The position numbers and the translations under genes are program-made. The notes under the pieces were generated by a model that saw only the letters and a program-made list of their open reading frames with translations, made no database searches and was not told the DNA's origin. From IMG/VR virus record IMGVR_UViG_3300043419_002586: a stretch of 64,000 nucleotides of DNA; one strand, given 5' to 3'. Of this stretch, positions 19,917-29,191 are shown one piece after another. Source of the DNA: a virus. Each line of letters begins with the position of its first letter. The first letter of the stretch is position 1.

Positions 19917-22900
19917 TATACTTTTGGTCTCCTAATTGCATTCCACTTAACTTCAGGTTGAGTAATATTATTTCCAAAGTCTCTAAACTTAATTTCAACT
20001 TTCTTAACTCCATCACTTTCGCCCGTAAAATCAACCTTTACATATGGTGAATAAGGAATCCACTCTGACCAAGAACCATTTCCAGTATCTAATAGTCTTC
20101 TTATTTGAAAATCCTTAATTCCAGACACCAAATCAAATCCATCAATTTTCATCCAAGATTGAGGTAAATTAGATATTAAGGTTTCTTGATTTGTTTTAGG
20201 ATCAAAGAAACTTACTGTTCCAAACGGCTCTTGTGTATCTACTAAAGCTTGAGAAGTAGCAACAAAACTCACAGGATTTGATTCAGATACATTTCCCATA
20301 AAGTCCATCAATTGAACCCATATCTTTCTTTGACCAGAATATCCAATGTTTTGATTTTGGAATGCTGTGTTTTGAGGACCCAAAGCATAATAGTTTAAGT
20401 GTCCATAAAGATACAAATAATATTTATTTTCTTCATTTACAATAAACTTATTCCACGGCAACCAAGGACTGTAATTTATAAAAGAATTATCAATCTCTTT
20501 GCCTACTCTAAATGCAAGAATTCCAGATTCATTATCTTCAGCTTGGATAGATAGTTGAACCATTCTTAAGGTAGATTCATTTGCAACTAAAATATTTGGC
20601 ACATCACCAAGATAAGTTGGCGGGTTAATATCTACTCTTGAAGGAACACTTAAAGTAGTTGGGTAACTTGAAATATTTCCGTGTGATAAAGTTCTTACTC
20701 TGTATTGAATAGAATTATTTTGTGTAGAATTTACAGCTTTTTCTTCATATCTAGTATGCAGTTTATGCCACAGATTATTGGCTCTTCTATATCCAGAAAA
20801 TTCACCATTTTGGATGTAATCAACATTGGAAAGTTCAATACCATTAGCTCTTCCAAGCGCTGAGTTAAATGGAACTGTTATTGCCACCCAAATTACATCT
20901 GATTGAGATACATTGTTAGTCCAATCTGAATCATCAAATTTTACTTGAACTAAATTGTTATTAGGGCTATTAGTAAAACCAGCTACAAATGGGTTGTATG
21001 AAACAGATTTCCACGAAGTTAATGGATTATTATAATTTGGTAAAGAGCCTAAGTTTCCAAAAAATCTTATTTTTAATTCTTGCATTGGGAAAGATTTATC
21101 ATTCCCATTCCAATGTAATTTAAACTCAAATAATTTTGGTTTTGTTGAGGAAATAAAACTTGAGATTTCACCTAATGTAATTGCCTTGAAAAAAGTAGTA
21201 CTGATAAATCTATCAACTAAATTTCCATTAAATGTTACTTCTGATTTGTACCAGTTTGTATTAGCATTTATAGTTCCACCAGTTACTCTTAAGGGTAAAT
21301 TGTAATCTGTAGTTGTTATGGCAAATCCAGATACTGATTTTACATAAACACCATTTTCAGTATTTTCTATTTGATCCTTAACTAAAATTTTACTTCCAAT
21401 TACCAAAGATGAAAGTGAAGTACCATCAATTGTTAATGAAGTAATATTAGCAATTGAAATATTTGTGCCTGTAGTTGCTAACGAAATTTGTTCTACTTCA
21501 GGCTGAACTGCAGAAAAAGTTAAATTTGAAGTTCCAAGCACTATAGGATCTGGTGTTGTTAGGTACCACTTTGTACTTGCATAAGCATAATCTATTGGAG
21601 TTCTAACCAACATACCTGAAAATACTTCTTCACTCGAGTTCATTTCTGGAACTCTTTCTAATCTCCAGGTCGTTGAAGCAGTTCCAACTCTAGTTTGATA
21701 ATAAACGCCATTTTGTGAAGTTGTTGCTTGACCTGCTACTAAAATATAATCTGAAGTAGACAACACATTATTTCCATTGAGCACCAATGTACCAGCAGTT
21801 CCAGCTGTCAATCTATTTGATGAATATGTTGGAGAGTTTGGTAAAGCAGTAAAACTATATTGTTGGACTTCAAGAGTCAATTTTGGAAGTGTATTAGCTG
21901 TTTCGTATTGATAATCAATTAAATCAGTTAGTCCACTTAATAATTTTTGTCCAAGATAATGTTTTGCGTTTGTAAATCCTTCGTCAGAAAGAAGTGTAGT
22001 TTTGATTGTACTATCATTATCAAATTGTTCTTTGTAAACATTTGGAACACCAGACCATTTCAAATCTTGAAAATATGTTGAACCATCATTGTTGTAAGAA
22101 CTTTTTCTTACTCCAAAGCCTACAAAGTACCCTAATCCTGAAGTGTTAGAATTTACAGGTAAAAGCATATCAGTAACACCGATCAGATTGATTCCGCTGC
22201 TAGTAATTTCTTTAACCAGTAAATATGTTCCAGTAGATGTTCTGTTTTTATACCTGCCAGTATATGAGTTTGGCAATTGATCTGTCAATTCAAATAAAAA
22301 TTTTGTGATTTCCGTTTTTGGTTGATATGATCTTAAGACTTGTCTTCTTAATTTATTATCTTCAGTTCTATAAGATACTGATATTTCATTTTTCTCTCCA
22401 CTAAACTTAACTAAAATAGTTGGGGCATTAAGTGGAGCGTCAGTGTATGCAAAGCCATCATCACATCTTACTCCAAAAGGTCTGTCCCAATTCACAGTAA
22501 GATTGTTTTTAGTATGAGACCTGAATGATGATACTGAACTAAAAGCAACATAAACATCATCAGAACCGTGCTTGAAAGCTAATTCAAATCTACATTTATT
22601 ACTCAATGATGGTTTATATAATTGTAGTTCGTAATGTAAAGGAACAGTATAGGCATTTAAATTATCAAGTTTATCTACCTCATACAATAAAGATGTAATA
22701 TTTGTATTGAAAGATAAATCATTAGGTGCGTCTGTAAGAACAATAAAATCTTCATTAACTGAATCACTCCATCCGTATTCAATTTCTGTCACAGGAGCAT
22801 TCATAATTGACAAATCATCGTTCGTACAATCACCGATATCTATGGATAATTTAGATTTACCTTGAGCTAAAAATAATTCTTCTACTACTAATCCACCAGA

Positions 22901-24271
22901 AAAAGAAGTGCCTGTAGCTTGTGAAATTTGATATCCAAATGCACTTCCTACTGACGAAGTGCCAAAAGATGATAGGATAGAATTACCAAGCAAATAACTC
23001 TTTTTTGATGCAATAGATTGATCTAAATAAGGTGTGTAGTAAGCTTCTACCATACATAAATTTGTAGTACCCATAGATGAGTAATACATTTCCATTACAC
23101 CACCTGATTTTAACAAAGGTAAAACGCTATGCGGTAGTGTTGTAGTTTGCTTTATGACACTGTCTGTTCCATTTATTCTTGTGTATAGATATGCTATAGG
23201 ATTATCATTATTTGGAATATCTACTCTACATACAATCTCATTACCATTGGCACTTGTATCAGGAGCAGCATAAAGTTTCATAAAAGCTTGGGAAGTAACA
23301 GCTACTCCAGAAGTTGTAAATGAAAATCCAGCTTGAGTATAGAAATCAGATTTGTTTGTTGATGGCACTAATTTTGACTTACTATAGAAAAATGCGCCTT
23401 TTCCATAACTCGCACTTGTAAGACCAATATTTGCACCTAAAGAAATTGAAGATGAAGAATAATTTCCATCAAAAAATCTGTAAGTGTTTAACGTTGTTGA
23501 TGCTATAGATGCTGAAGGAATAAGAGTTCTTTTGATATTATTGTGAGCAGAGTAAGCATCATATGTACCACCAGTATTAGAAATTTCGTATATACTTGCT
23601 ACATATCTACCAACGCCTGATGATTCTGTTTGTGCGGAAACTTGATTTCCACTTACAAATGAGAGTAATGTATTTTTACCAACATATCCAGATTTTGCGC
23701 TCGGTATCTCTGGGAAATCTGGATTTACAGGTATTTGACCCTCCCATCTAATTTGATCAAAAATACCATAGCCCATTGGATACTCAATATCTGTTCCATT
23801 AGGACCCTCAAGAATAGCTTTCATATAAACAGTTGAAAGTCCACCTGAAGCACTTAATGGCCAATTGTAAACCTTAAATAATCCTGTTCCTCCAGATGTT
23901 GGAGCCGCCATAGTTCCTTGAGATAAAGTAGGATCAAAGAAATATAAAGGATTCAGAGTATATTCGTAATCGAAATCTGGGTCAAAAACATATGAACTTG
24001 AAGGCCAGTTTGTAATTGCTATTGTGGAAGTTGAATCAAATTCTGGATCATTAGAAAGATAAAGAGTCTTAATTCTTCTTAAATAAGTAATTTCACGAGT
24101 GCCACTATCTCTTACTTCAAAACTAAATGTAAGAGTATTTTGGTTACTATCAAGAGTTGGATCTTTCGAATATGAATTACTAGAATAAGGTTGCCCCAGA
24201 TTTATGAATTCACTTTGAAGGTATCCACTTGTAAGATTGTTGGGTAATATTATTGAAACGTTATATGGCAC
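19916..24271 (-). CDS. Large virion fibre-like protein with two tail-fibre motifs and C-terminal Ig-like repeats (GTG start)
   Basis: ILVAGQATTSQNGVY...WRLER and TIDG...KILVKDQIENTENGVY; two AxDxxSGI...WxxW...GxKKxxxxxxDxxGN-type repeats; GGTGG upstream of GTG. Confidence 0.65.
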   Translation of the reverse strand: MPYNVSIILPNNLTSGYLQSEFINLGQPYSSNSYSKDPTLDSNQNTLTFSFEVRDSGTREITYLRRIKTLYLSNDPEFDSTSTIAITNWPSSSYVFDPDFDYEYTLNPLYFFDPTLSQGTMAAPTSGGTGLFKVYNWPLSASGGLSTVYMKAILEGPNGTDIEYPMGYGIFDQIRWEGQIPVNPDFPEIPSAKSGYVGKNTLLSFVSGNQVSAQTESSGVGRYVASIYEISNTGGTYDAYSAHNNIKRTLIPSASIASTTLNTYRFFDGNYSSSSISLGANIGLTSASYGKGAFFYSKSKLVPSTNKSDFYTQAGFSFTTSGVAVTSQAFMKLYAAPDTSANGNEIVCRVDIPNNDNPIAYLYTRINGTDSVIKQTTTLPHSVLPLLKSGGVMEMYYSSMGTTNLCMVEAYYTPYLDQSIASKKSYLLGNSILSSFGTSSVGSAFGYQISQATGTSFSGGLVVEELFLAQGKSKLSIDIGDCTNDDLSIMNAPVTEIEYGWSDSVNEDFIVLTDAPNDLSFNTNITSLLYEVDKLDNLNAYTVPLHYELQLYKPSLSNKCRFELAFKHGSDDVYVAFSSVSSFRSHTKNNLTVNWDRPFGVRCDDGFAYTDAPLNAPTILVKFSGEKNEISVSYRTEDNKLRRQVLRSYQPKTEITKFLFELTDQLPNSYTGRYKNRTSTGTYLLVKEITSSGINLIGVTDMLLPVNSNTSGLGYFVGFGVRKSSYNNDGSTYFQDLKWSGVPNVYKEQFDNDSTIKTTLLSDEGFTNAKHYLGQKLLSGLTDLIDYQYETANTLPKLTLEVQQYSFTALPNSPTYSSNRLTAGTAGTLVLNGNNVLSTSDYILVAGQATTSQNGVYYQTRVGTASTTWRLERVPEMNSSEEVFSGMLVRTPIDYAYASTKWYLTTPDPIVLGTSNLTFSAVQPEVEQISLATTGTNISIANITSLTIDGTSLSSLVIGSKILVKDQIENTENGVYVKSVSGFAITTTDYNLPLRVTGGTINANTNWYKSEVTFNGNLVDRFISTTFFKAITLGEISSFISSTKPKLFEFKLHWNGNDKSFPMQELKIRFFGNLGSLPNYNNPLTSWKSVSYNPFVAGFTNSPNNNLVQVKFDDSDWTNNVSQSDVIWVAITVPFNSALGRANGIELSNVDYIQNGEFSGYRRANNLWHKLHTRYEEKAVNSTQNNSIQYRVRTLSHGNISSYPTTLSVPSRVDINPPTYLGDVPNILVANESTLRMVQLSIQAEDNESGILAFRVGKEIDNSFINYSPWLPWNKFIVNEENKYYLYLYGHLNYYALGPQNTAFQNQNIGYSGQRKIWVQLMDFMGNVSESNPVSFVATSQALVDTQEPFGTVSFFDPKTNQETLISNLPQSWMKIDGFDLVSGIKDFQIRRLLDTGNGSWSEWIPYSPYVKVDFTGESDGVKKVEIKFRDFGNNITQPEVKWNAIRRPKV

Positions 24272-24292
24272 TTGTAACCACCGCTAAACAGG

Positions 24293-24308
24293 GAATATTA
24301 AAATATTC
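24293..24308. promoter_or_regulatory. Short inverted repeat GAATATT-AA-AATATTC in intergenic gap
   Basis: Perfect 7-bp arms seen in the 57-bp gap upstream of the 1451-aa gene; function inferred only. Confidence 0.3.
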
Positions 24309-24328
24309 TTTGCCAGCCGATGTAGCCC

Positions 24329-25294
24329 CTATGAAAGTTGAAAATCAAACTGGAAAGGTATTGATTTTTGTACAGTTAATGGGCAATGAACATCAAAATA
24401 CATAAATCCATCTACATAATCTATATTGTTATATCTGCCTTGTTTATAAAATGTAAATGAAGCAGAATACATTGAAATATCATTAGTTGTATCAGACGAA
24501 ACGAAATACATTCCAACATACACTGGTGCTTTAACAGTGTCCAAACCATTCGGAAGATAAACCTTAAGTTGTAAGTTTGGTGAAAGTTCTCCAGCAACTA
24601 AAGTATTTTCAATAATAGTGTTGCAAATTATCTTAAAATAAATCGTTTTGGAAATTGGACCATTTCCATTATTGTAATATTCAATGTCATCAGTTGAGGA
24701 ATTTGCATCGATCAATGCTGGAACAGTTGAAATAACTGGATTTCCTTGCCTTACTGGTCTTGGAATAGATAATGAAGAATCATCATAACTTCCGATTGAA
24801 AATTCAGGCATTTTGCAAGTTTCATCTATTACAAATGGATTAGTTGCATTGAAGGCTTTGAAATTTTGAGTACTGAAATTTTTTGTAAAAAAATTAATTT
24901 CAGAAATTTTTAAACTATTATCAGGTTTGTCTAAAACAATCAATAAAGTGTCATTAGATTCAAAGCTATATTTTGTATTATTAAAATCGATAACATAATC
25001 TTTATCGCCTCTTGAAAAAATTATATAATTCGAATCAATTTCTACAATAGAATCAAACTTGAATTTGATAGAAACAAATTGAACGTAGGAAATTATTTTT
25101 TCAAAATTTATTTCAAAATAGTCTTGTGATACACTTAAGTTTGCAACAGTTTGTTTTTTCAACTGCAATCTTATATTGCTGTCATTTTTATTTATGAGAA
25201 AATTTCTATCGTAAGACGTAAATTCAAATGATAAAATATTTTCATCATCAATAACATTTACTATTGGTTTATCGTTTTCTATTTGAAGATTCAT
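24329..25294 (-). CDS. Hypothetical protein (321 aa), probably structural
   Basis: Long ORF co-oriented within the block; no recognised motif. Confidence 0.6.
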   Translation of the reverse strand: MNLQIENDKPIVNVIDDENILSFEFTSYDRNFLINKNDSNIRLQLKKQTVANLSVSQDYFEINFEKIISYVQFVSIKFKFDSIVEIDSNYIIFSRGDKDYVIDFNNTKYSFESNDTLLIVLDKPDNSLKISEINFFTKNFSTQNFKAFNATNPFVIDETCKMPEFSIGSYDDSSLSIPRPVRQGNPVISTVPALIDANSSTDDIEYYNNGNGPISKTIYFKIICNTIIENTLVAGELSPNLQLKVYLPNGLDTVKAPVYVGMYFVSSDTTNDISMYSASFTFYKQGRYNNIDYVDGFMYFDVHCPLTVQKSIPFQFDFQLS

Positions 25295-25298
25295 AAAT

Positions 25299-28200
25299 TT
25301 ACTCGGAAACTAAAATATTGTCATTTGAGATAATACGCATCCCTTTAGGGTGAAAGAGTTCGTTATTATCTCCCCAGGTTGATAATATTGCTCCAGAATT
25401 ATTAACTAAATGTAATCTTGAATTTGCACCAAAATTAATTACATCATCAGTTAATACATAAAAGTTAGAATTATCTGTTGCTGGTCCTGGAAGAGCTTTA
25501 ACTACATCATTATTAAATGTCAATTTTGTTTCGATATATCCATTAGAGACATTGTAAACTTGTAATTTACCAGTGTCATTTGAATCAAAAGCTGGACTAC
25601 CTAAAAGTACATTGCCATTTTCTAGCAAATAAGCAGAACCTAATTTATTGTCGTAGTATTTAACTATGTCTGAAGTAATCGCCCATTTTAAATCTAAAGT
25701 TAAATTATTAGAATAGCAAAGCACAGAATTTGAATGAGGTTGTGAAATTACAATCAAAGATCTTACTTCGTCATATTGAACTGACAATGGGTTGTAAATA
25801 TTTGCGAAATATATAGGTCCTTGCAATAAATCTAAAATTACATCATCAGTTTGGGAATTTGGTCCATACATAGTTGTTGTTGAAACTACTCCATCACCAT
25901 TATAATCAGTGATAGAATTTACAACAGATTGAGTTGTAGGAAGTCCTGTTGTCACAGAAGATGTACCTGTTATAGAAGTGCTTATGCCAGCCACAAATTG
26001 TTGAGTTCTATTAATTGAAGATACATTGGATGATGGTATTGTTGCTGAAAGGGCGTTATTTGTATTTAAGGAAAATCCAGAGTTAGTAAAACAACCTTTG
26101 TCTAATCTTACTTTTTTAGTAAGAGAATTTTTTATTGCTGTATTTAATGCTAACCCTTCAACTGTGTCTTTGATGGTAAAAACATATGTTGCAGAAGAAT
26201 CAAAAATTGGATCTAAATAGTCTCCAGATAATCTTGTATCATCGCCCCTTACTGATATGTTGTCGTATGTAACATAAATTTTAGATAAATCTACAAAAGA
26301 TATATTTTGTGAAAAAGCAATAAATATTTTTCTTGTGTCAGGATTAAAAGAAGCAGATAAAGCGACAAAATCTCTAGAAGTTAATTTAAGTCTTATATTT
26401 CCTTGGATAATTTTTGTAAACACTCCATCTATATCTGTCATAATAATTCTATCATTTTTACTATCACAAATGATATTTCCACCAGTTGATAAAGCTTGAT
26501 AGTCAGTAGGAGTATCTAATCCGTAGTTTGTTGATTTTAAAAATATTTGATTAGGAGTGAGATAATTTCTCAAAGTTCCATTATCTATACCGTCTTCGAT
26601 TGTATTTTCTAAAACATTATTTGCTGCGGATATTAAGTTGTTGTTTCTTAAGTAAACCCAATTGCCAACATTTGAAGTATCATAAATCTTAAGATAGTTT
26701 GTATCATCTGGATTTGTAATTCCATATCCAGCATTTTTATTGTAATAAACATCACTAACCCAGCCAAATTTTTGATTTGAGGTGTTAGTGAAATTTCTAT
26801 CATAAGTTCTTGTTGTTGCGCTTCCTACAGTAGAATAATTGATTCTTAAATTATTTACGACAGGTGCAGAACTTTGAAATTCGTTTGCATAAAGAGAAAA
26901 CAAAACATCAAAATATCTACCAGTGCTTGAACTTGTATTTGGAGAAGCAATAATTATATCAGTTTCAGAAAGAGTTTTAAAATTATAAAACAAATCTGAA
27001 CTTACATCAGATCTACTTTGAATAGTGTATTTTGTTCCAGAAGGTACATCAATATCATACTGTATTTGATTAAACTGTGTGTTTAAATCTCCAGAATCAA
27101 ATCTTAATAAGAAATTAGCATTTTTGTATTTATATGCATCATTCCAGACAAATACAGCAGAAGTTTGATCGATAGAATTACGTCTAGCAAGAACTAAATT
27201 GTCGTTATTTCCTGAAGAATTTATTTGAGAGTCTGTGGGAGTGATAAGTTCAAACTTTGTCTGCTTTTCAGCATTCCAGCCTTGATCTGTAGAGAAGTAG
27301 AAACCAAAACCTAATACAGAAGATTTTAAACTAACATCACCAAAATCTGATAAGTTTACAGAAGAATAAGTTGCAGAAGAACCAATAAATCCATAAGTTG
27401 TGTCGTCAAATATTTTTACATTAGTGGCTGGTGAGATATAAATTGTAGAAGATCCAGTACCAGTGTTTGGAGCAAAATCAATTTTTTGATCATATTGTAA
27501 ACCTGGATCTGTATTTCCATTTCCTACAACCAAAAACATATAGATTTTTCCTAAAGCTGCACCTGTTTCTCCAAGTCCAGCAGAGAATCCAAATCCAACC
27601 TTTGAATCAAAATCTAAAGAAATTGGCTGATTGAAAAGTGTATAGGCATATAAACTAGTATCAACTTTAACTTTATTAGAAGCATATGTTGTAGTAAATA
27701 CCAAACCTGTGTCCCAAGAACCAGTTGTGTCAAAAATACTTGATACTGGTTGTGATAAAGTTAAGTAATTTAAAGGGGTGTCTATTGTAAAACTTCCCGT
27801 TGTAGCTGATCCTGAAATACTTATATTGCTAAAAAAATTATTGATAGTAGACCCTAAAGAAGATGCTACAGTTTTGGCTTGTAAGAAATCATTTTGAACT
27901 ACAAAAGATTTATCTCCAACAAAACTGCTTGATGTAACAGACCCACTTATTCCTGAGCCTGATGTATTTGGAGAAGAGTCATAGATTGTTGCTAAAGTGT
28001 ATTGACTTGGTACTGATGATGTTTCTTTAAAATTAGCAGAATTTCCAGTTGAAGAGTTTGCAGAAGTGTTGGGATAAATACCTGGAACATAAGTCAAGGT
28101 ATTTATCTGAGTTGAGTCAATAAAAGTAAATCCAACACCACCAGATTTTTTCAACGCAATTAACATTTGTAATCTGTTTGCTATTGATAAGTCTGACATT

Positions 28201-28964
28201 TTATCATTAGCATCATTATTAACAACAGCTAGTAAAGCAGTTTCTAATTGGTCGTGATTTAGATTCCCTTTATTCTCTAATGTATTGTGGCTTATTGAAG
28301 GTAATCTAGACGAATCAAGTACACCTGATGTTATTTTAGAAGCATTTATAAAACCAATATTTTCGCCTGTTATTTGGTTCTTAACTTCGGATGATAAATC
28401 TATAGGTGAAGGATTACCTGTCCCACCAATATGTTTGTGATTTTTTATAAGATATGAAAGAGATGAGAATAAAGTTATATCTTGTCTATTAGTTTCAAAA
28501 AGATTTATTAAGTTACTAGCTACATCAATTTCTAGATAACCCAAAGAAATATAATTTACAGGATCGTTAATTTGTGTAAGAGATGCAATAAAATCAACAT
28601 CCCCTGTGACAGCTGTATTTGAATTTTCGTATGCATAAACATAAACTTTAGATATTCCAACAGTGCTTGGAATTGTTGGTAGAGATACATCTTTGGAAGC
28701 TATTGTATTTCCAGCTTTATAAGATACAAATCCTTTACCTGAAGAAATTGAAATTTTTGTTAGTTTGAATTCGTTTGAGTAAGTTTGAATACGCCAAGAT
28801 GGAGTTGATGGATTTTCTTCAATAATACCATTCTTGAAAATTTGATACAGATTGTACATTTGATTTTCAATAGCTTTAAAACGAAGCTCATCTAAATCAA
28901 TGTTTTCTGAAAGATCTTGGTTTGGTTCAATATATCCAAACCCATAAATTGGTGTATTTCCCAT
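25299..28964 (-). CDS. Large virion fibre-like protein with N-terminal anchor paralogous to the 2860-aa protein and C-terminal NHL-like propeller
   Basis: MGNTPIYGFGY... resembles MANRTSIYKFLF...; NHKHIGG..IDL motif; NASKITSGVLDSSRLP fibre motif; IICDSKNDRII and WGDNNELFHPKGM NHL-like blades. Confidence 0.65.
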   Translation of the reverse strand: MGNTPIYGFGYIEPNQDLSENIDLDELRFKAIENQMYNLYQIFKNGIIEENPSTPSWRIQTYSNEFKLTKISISSGKGFVSYKAGNTIASKDVSLPTIPSTVGISKVYVYAYENSNTAVTGDVDFIASLTQINDPVNYISLGYLEIDVASNLINLFETNRQDITLFSSLSYLIKNHKHIGGTGNPSPIDLSSEVKNQITGENIGFINASKITSGVLDSSRLPSISHNTLENKGNLNHDQLETALLAVVNNDANDKMSDLSIANRLQMLIALKKSGGVGFTFIDSTQINTLTYVPGIYPNTSANSSTGNSANFKETSSVPSQYTLATIYDSSPNTSGSGISGSVTSSSFVGDKSFVVQNDFLQAKTVASSLGSTINNFFSNISISGSATTGSFTIDTPLNYLTLSQPVSSIFDTTGSWDTGLVFTTTYASNKVKVDTSLYAYTLFNQPISLDFDSKVGFGFSAGLGETGAALGKIYMFLVVGNGNTDPGLQYDQKIDFAPNTGTGSSTIYISPATNVKIFDDTTYGFIGSSATYSSVNLSDFGDVSLKSSVLGFGFYFSTDQGWNAEKQTKFELITPTDSQINSSGNNDNLVLARRNSIDQTSAVFVWNDAYKYKNANFLLRFDSGDLNTQFNQIQYDIDVPSGTKYTIQSRSDVSSDLFYNFKTLSETDIIIASPNTSSSTGRYFDVLFSLYANEFQSSAPVVNNLRINYSTVGSATTRTYDRNFTNTSNQKFGWVSDVYYNKNAGYGITNPDDTNYLKIYDTSNVGNWVYLRNNNLISAANNVLENTIEDGIDNGTLRNYLTPNQIFLKSTNYGLDTPTDYQALSTGGNIICDSKNDRIIMTDIDGVFTKIIQGNIRLKLTSRDFVALSASFNPDTRKIFIAFSQNISFVDLSKIYVTYDNISVRGDDTRLSGDYLDPIFDSSATYVFTIKDTVEGLALNTAIKNSLTKKVRLDKGCFTNSGFSLNTNNALSATIPSSNVSSINRTQQFVAGISTSITGTSSVTTGLPTTQSVVNSITDYNGDGVVSTTTMYGPNSQTDDVILDLLQGPIYFANIYNPLSVQYDEVRSLIVISQPHSNSVLCYSNNLTLDLKWAITSDIVKYYDNKLGSAYLLENGNVLLGSPAFDSNDTGKLQVYNVSNGYIETKLTFNNDVVKALPGPATDNSNFYVLTDDVINFGANSRLHLVNNSGAILSTWGDNNELFHPKGMRIISNDNILVSE

Positions 28965-29191
28965 TACTTAGTTTCTTGTGGTTTATATTCAGAAGTTACT
29001 TTTTCTACGCCCCAGTTTGCATAACCCCAGCGTAAAACATCTTGCTCTTCTATTATATTATTTTTATTGACATTAATAACTTGTAAAGCTTGAGTTACAT
29101 TTGACCTTAAAGTCAAACCGCTTTGCATATTAATTGTATTTTGCCTAATTTGATCATTTATTACAAAAGACAAAGATTGAAATAATGGCAT
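28964..29191 (-). CDS. Small hypothetical protein (75 aa)
   Basis: Fills the gap exactly, abutting and overlapping its neighbours; RWGYANWG motif. Confidence 0.65.
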   Translation of the reverse strand: MPLFQSLSFVINDQIRQNTINMQSGLTLRSNVTQALQVINVNKNNIIEEQDVLRWGYANWGVEKVTSEYKPQETK

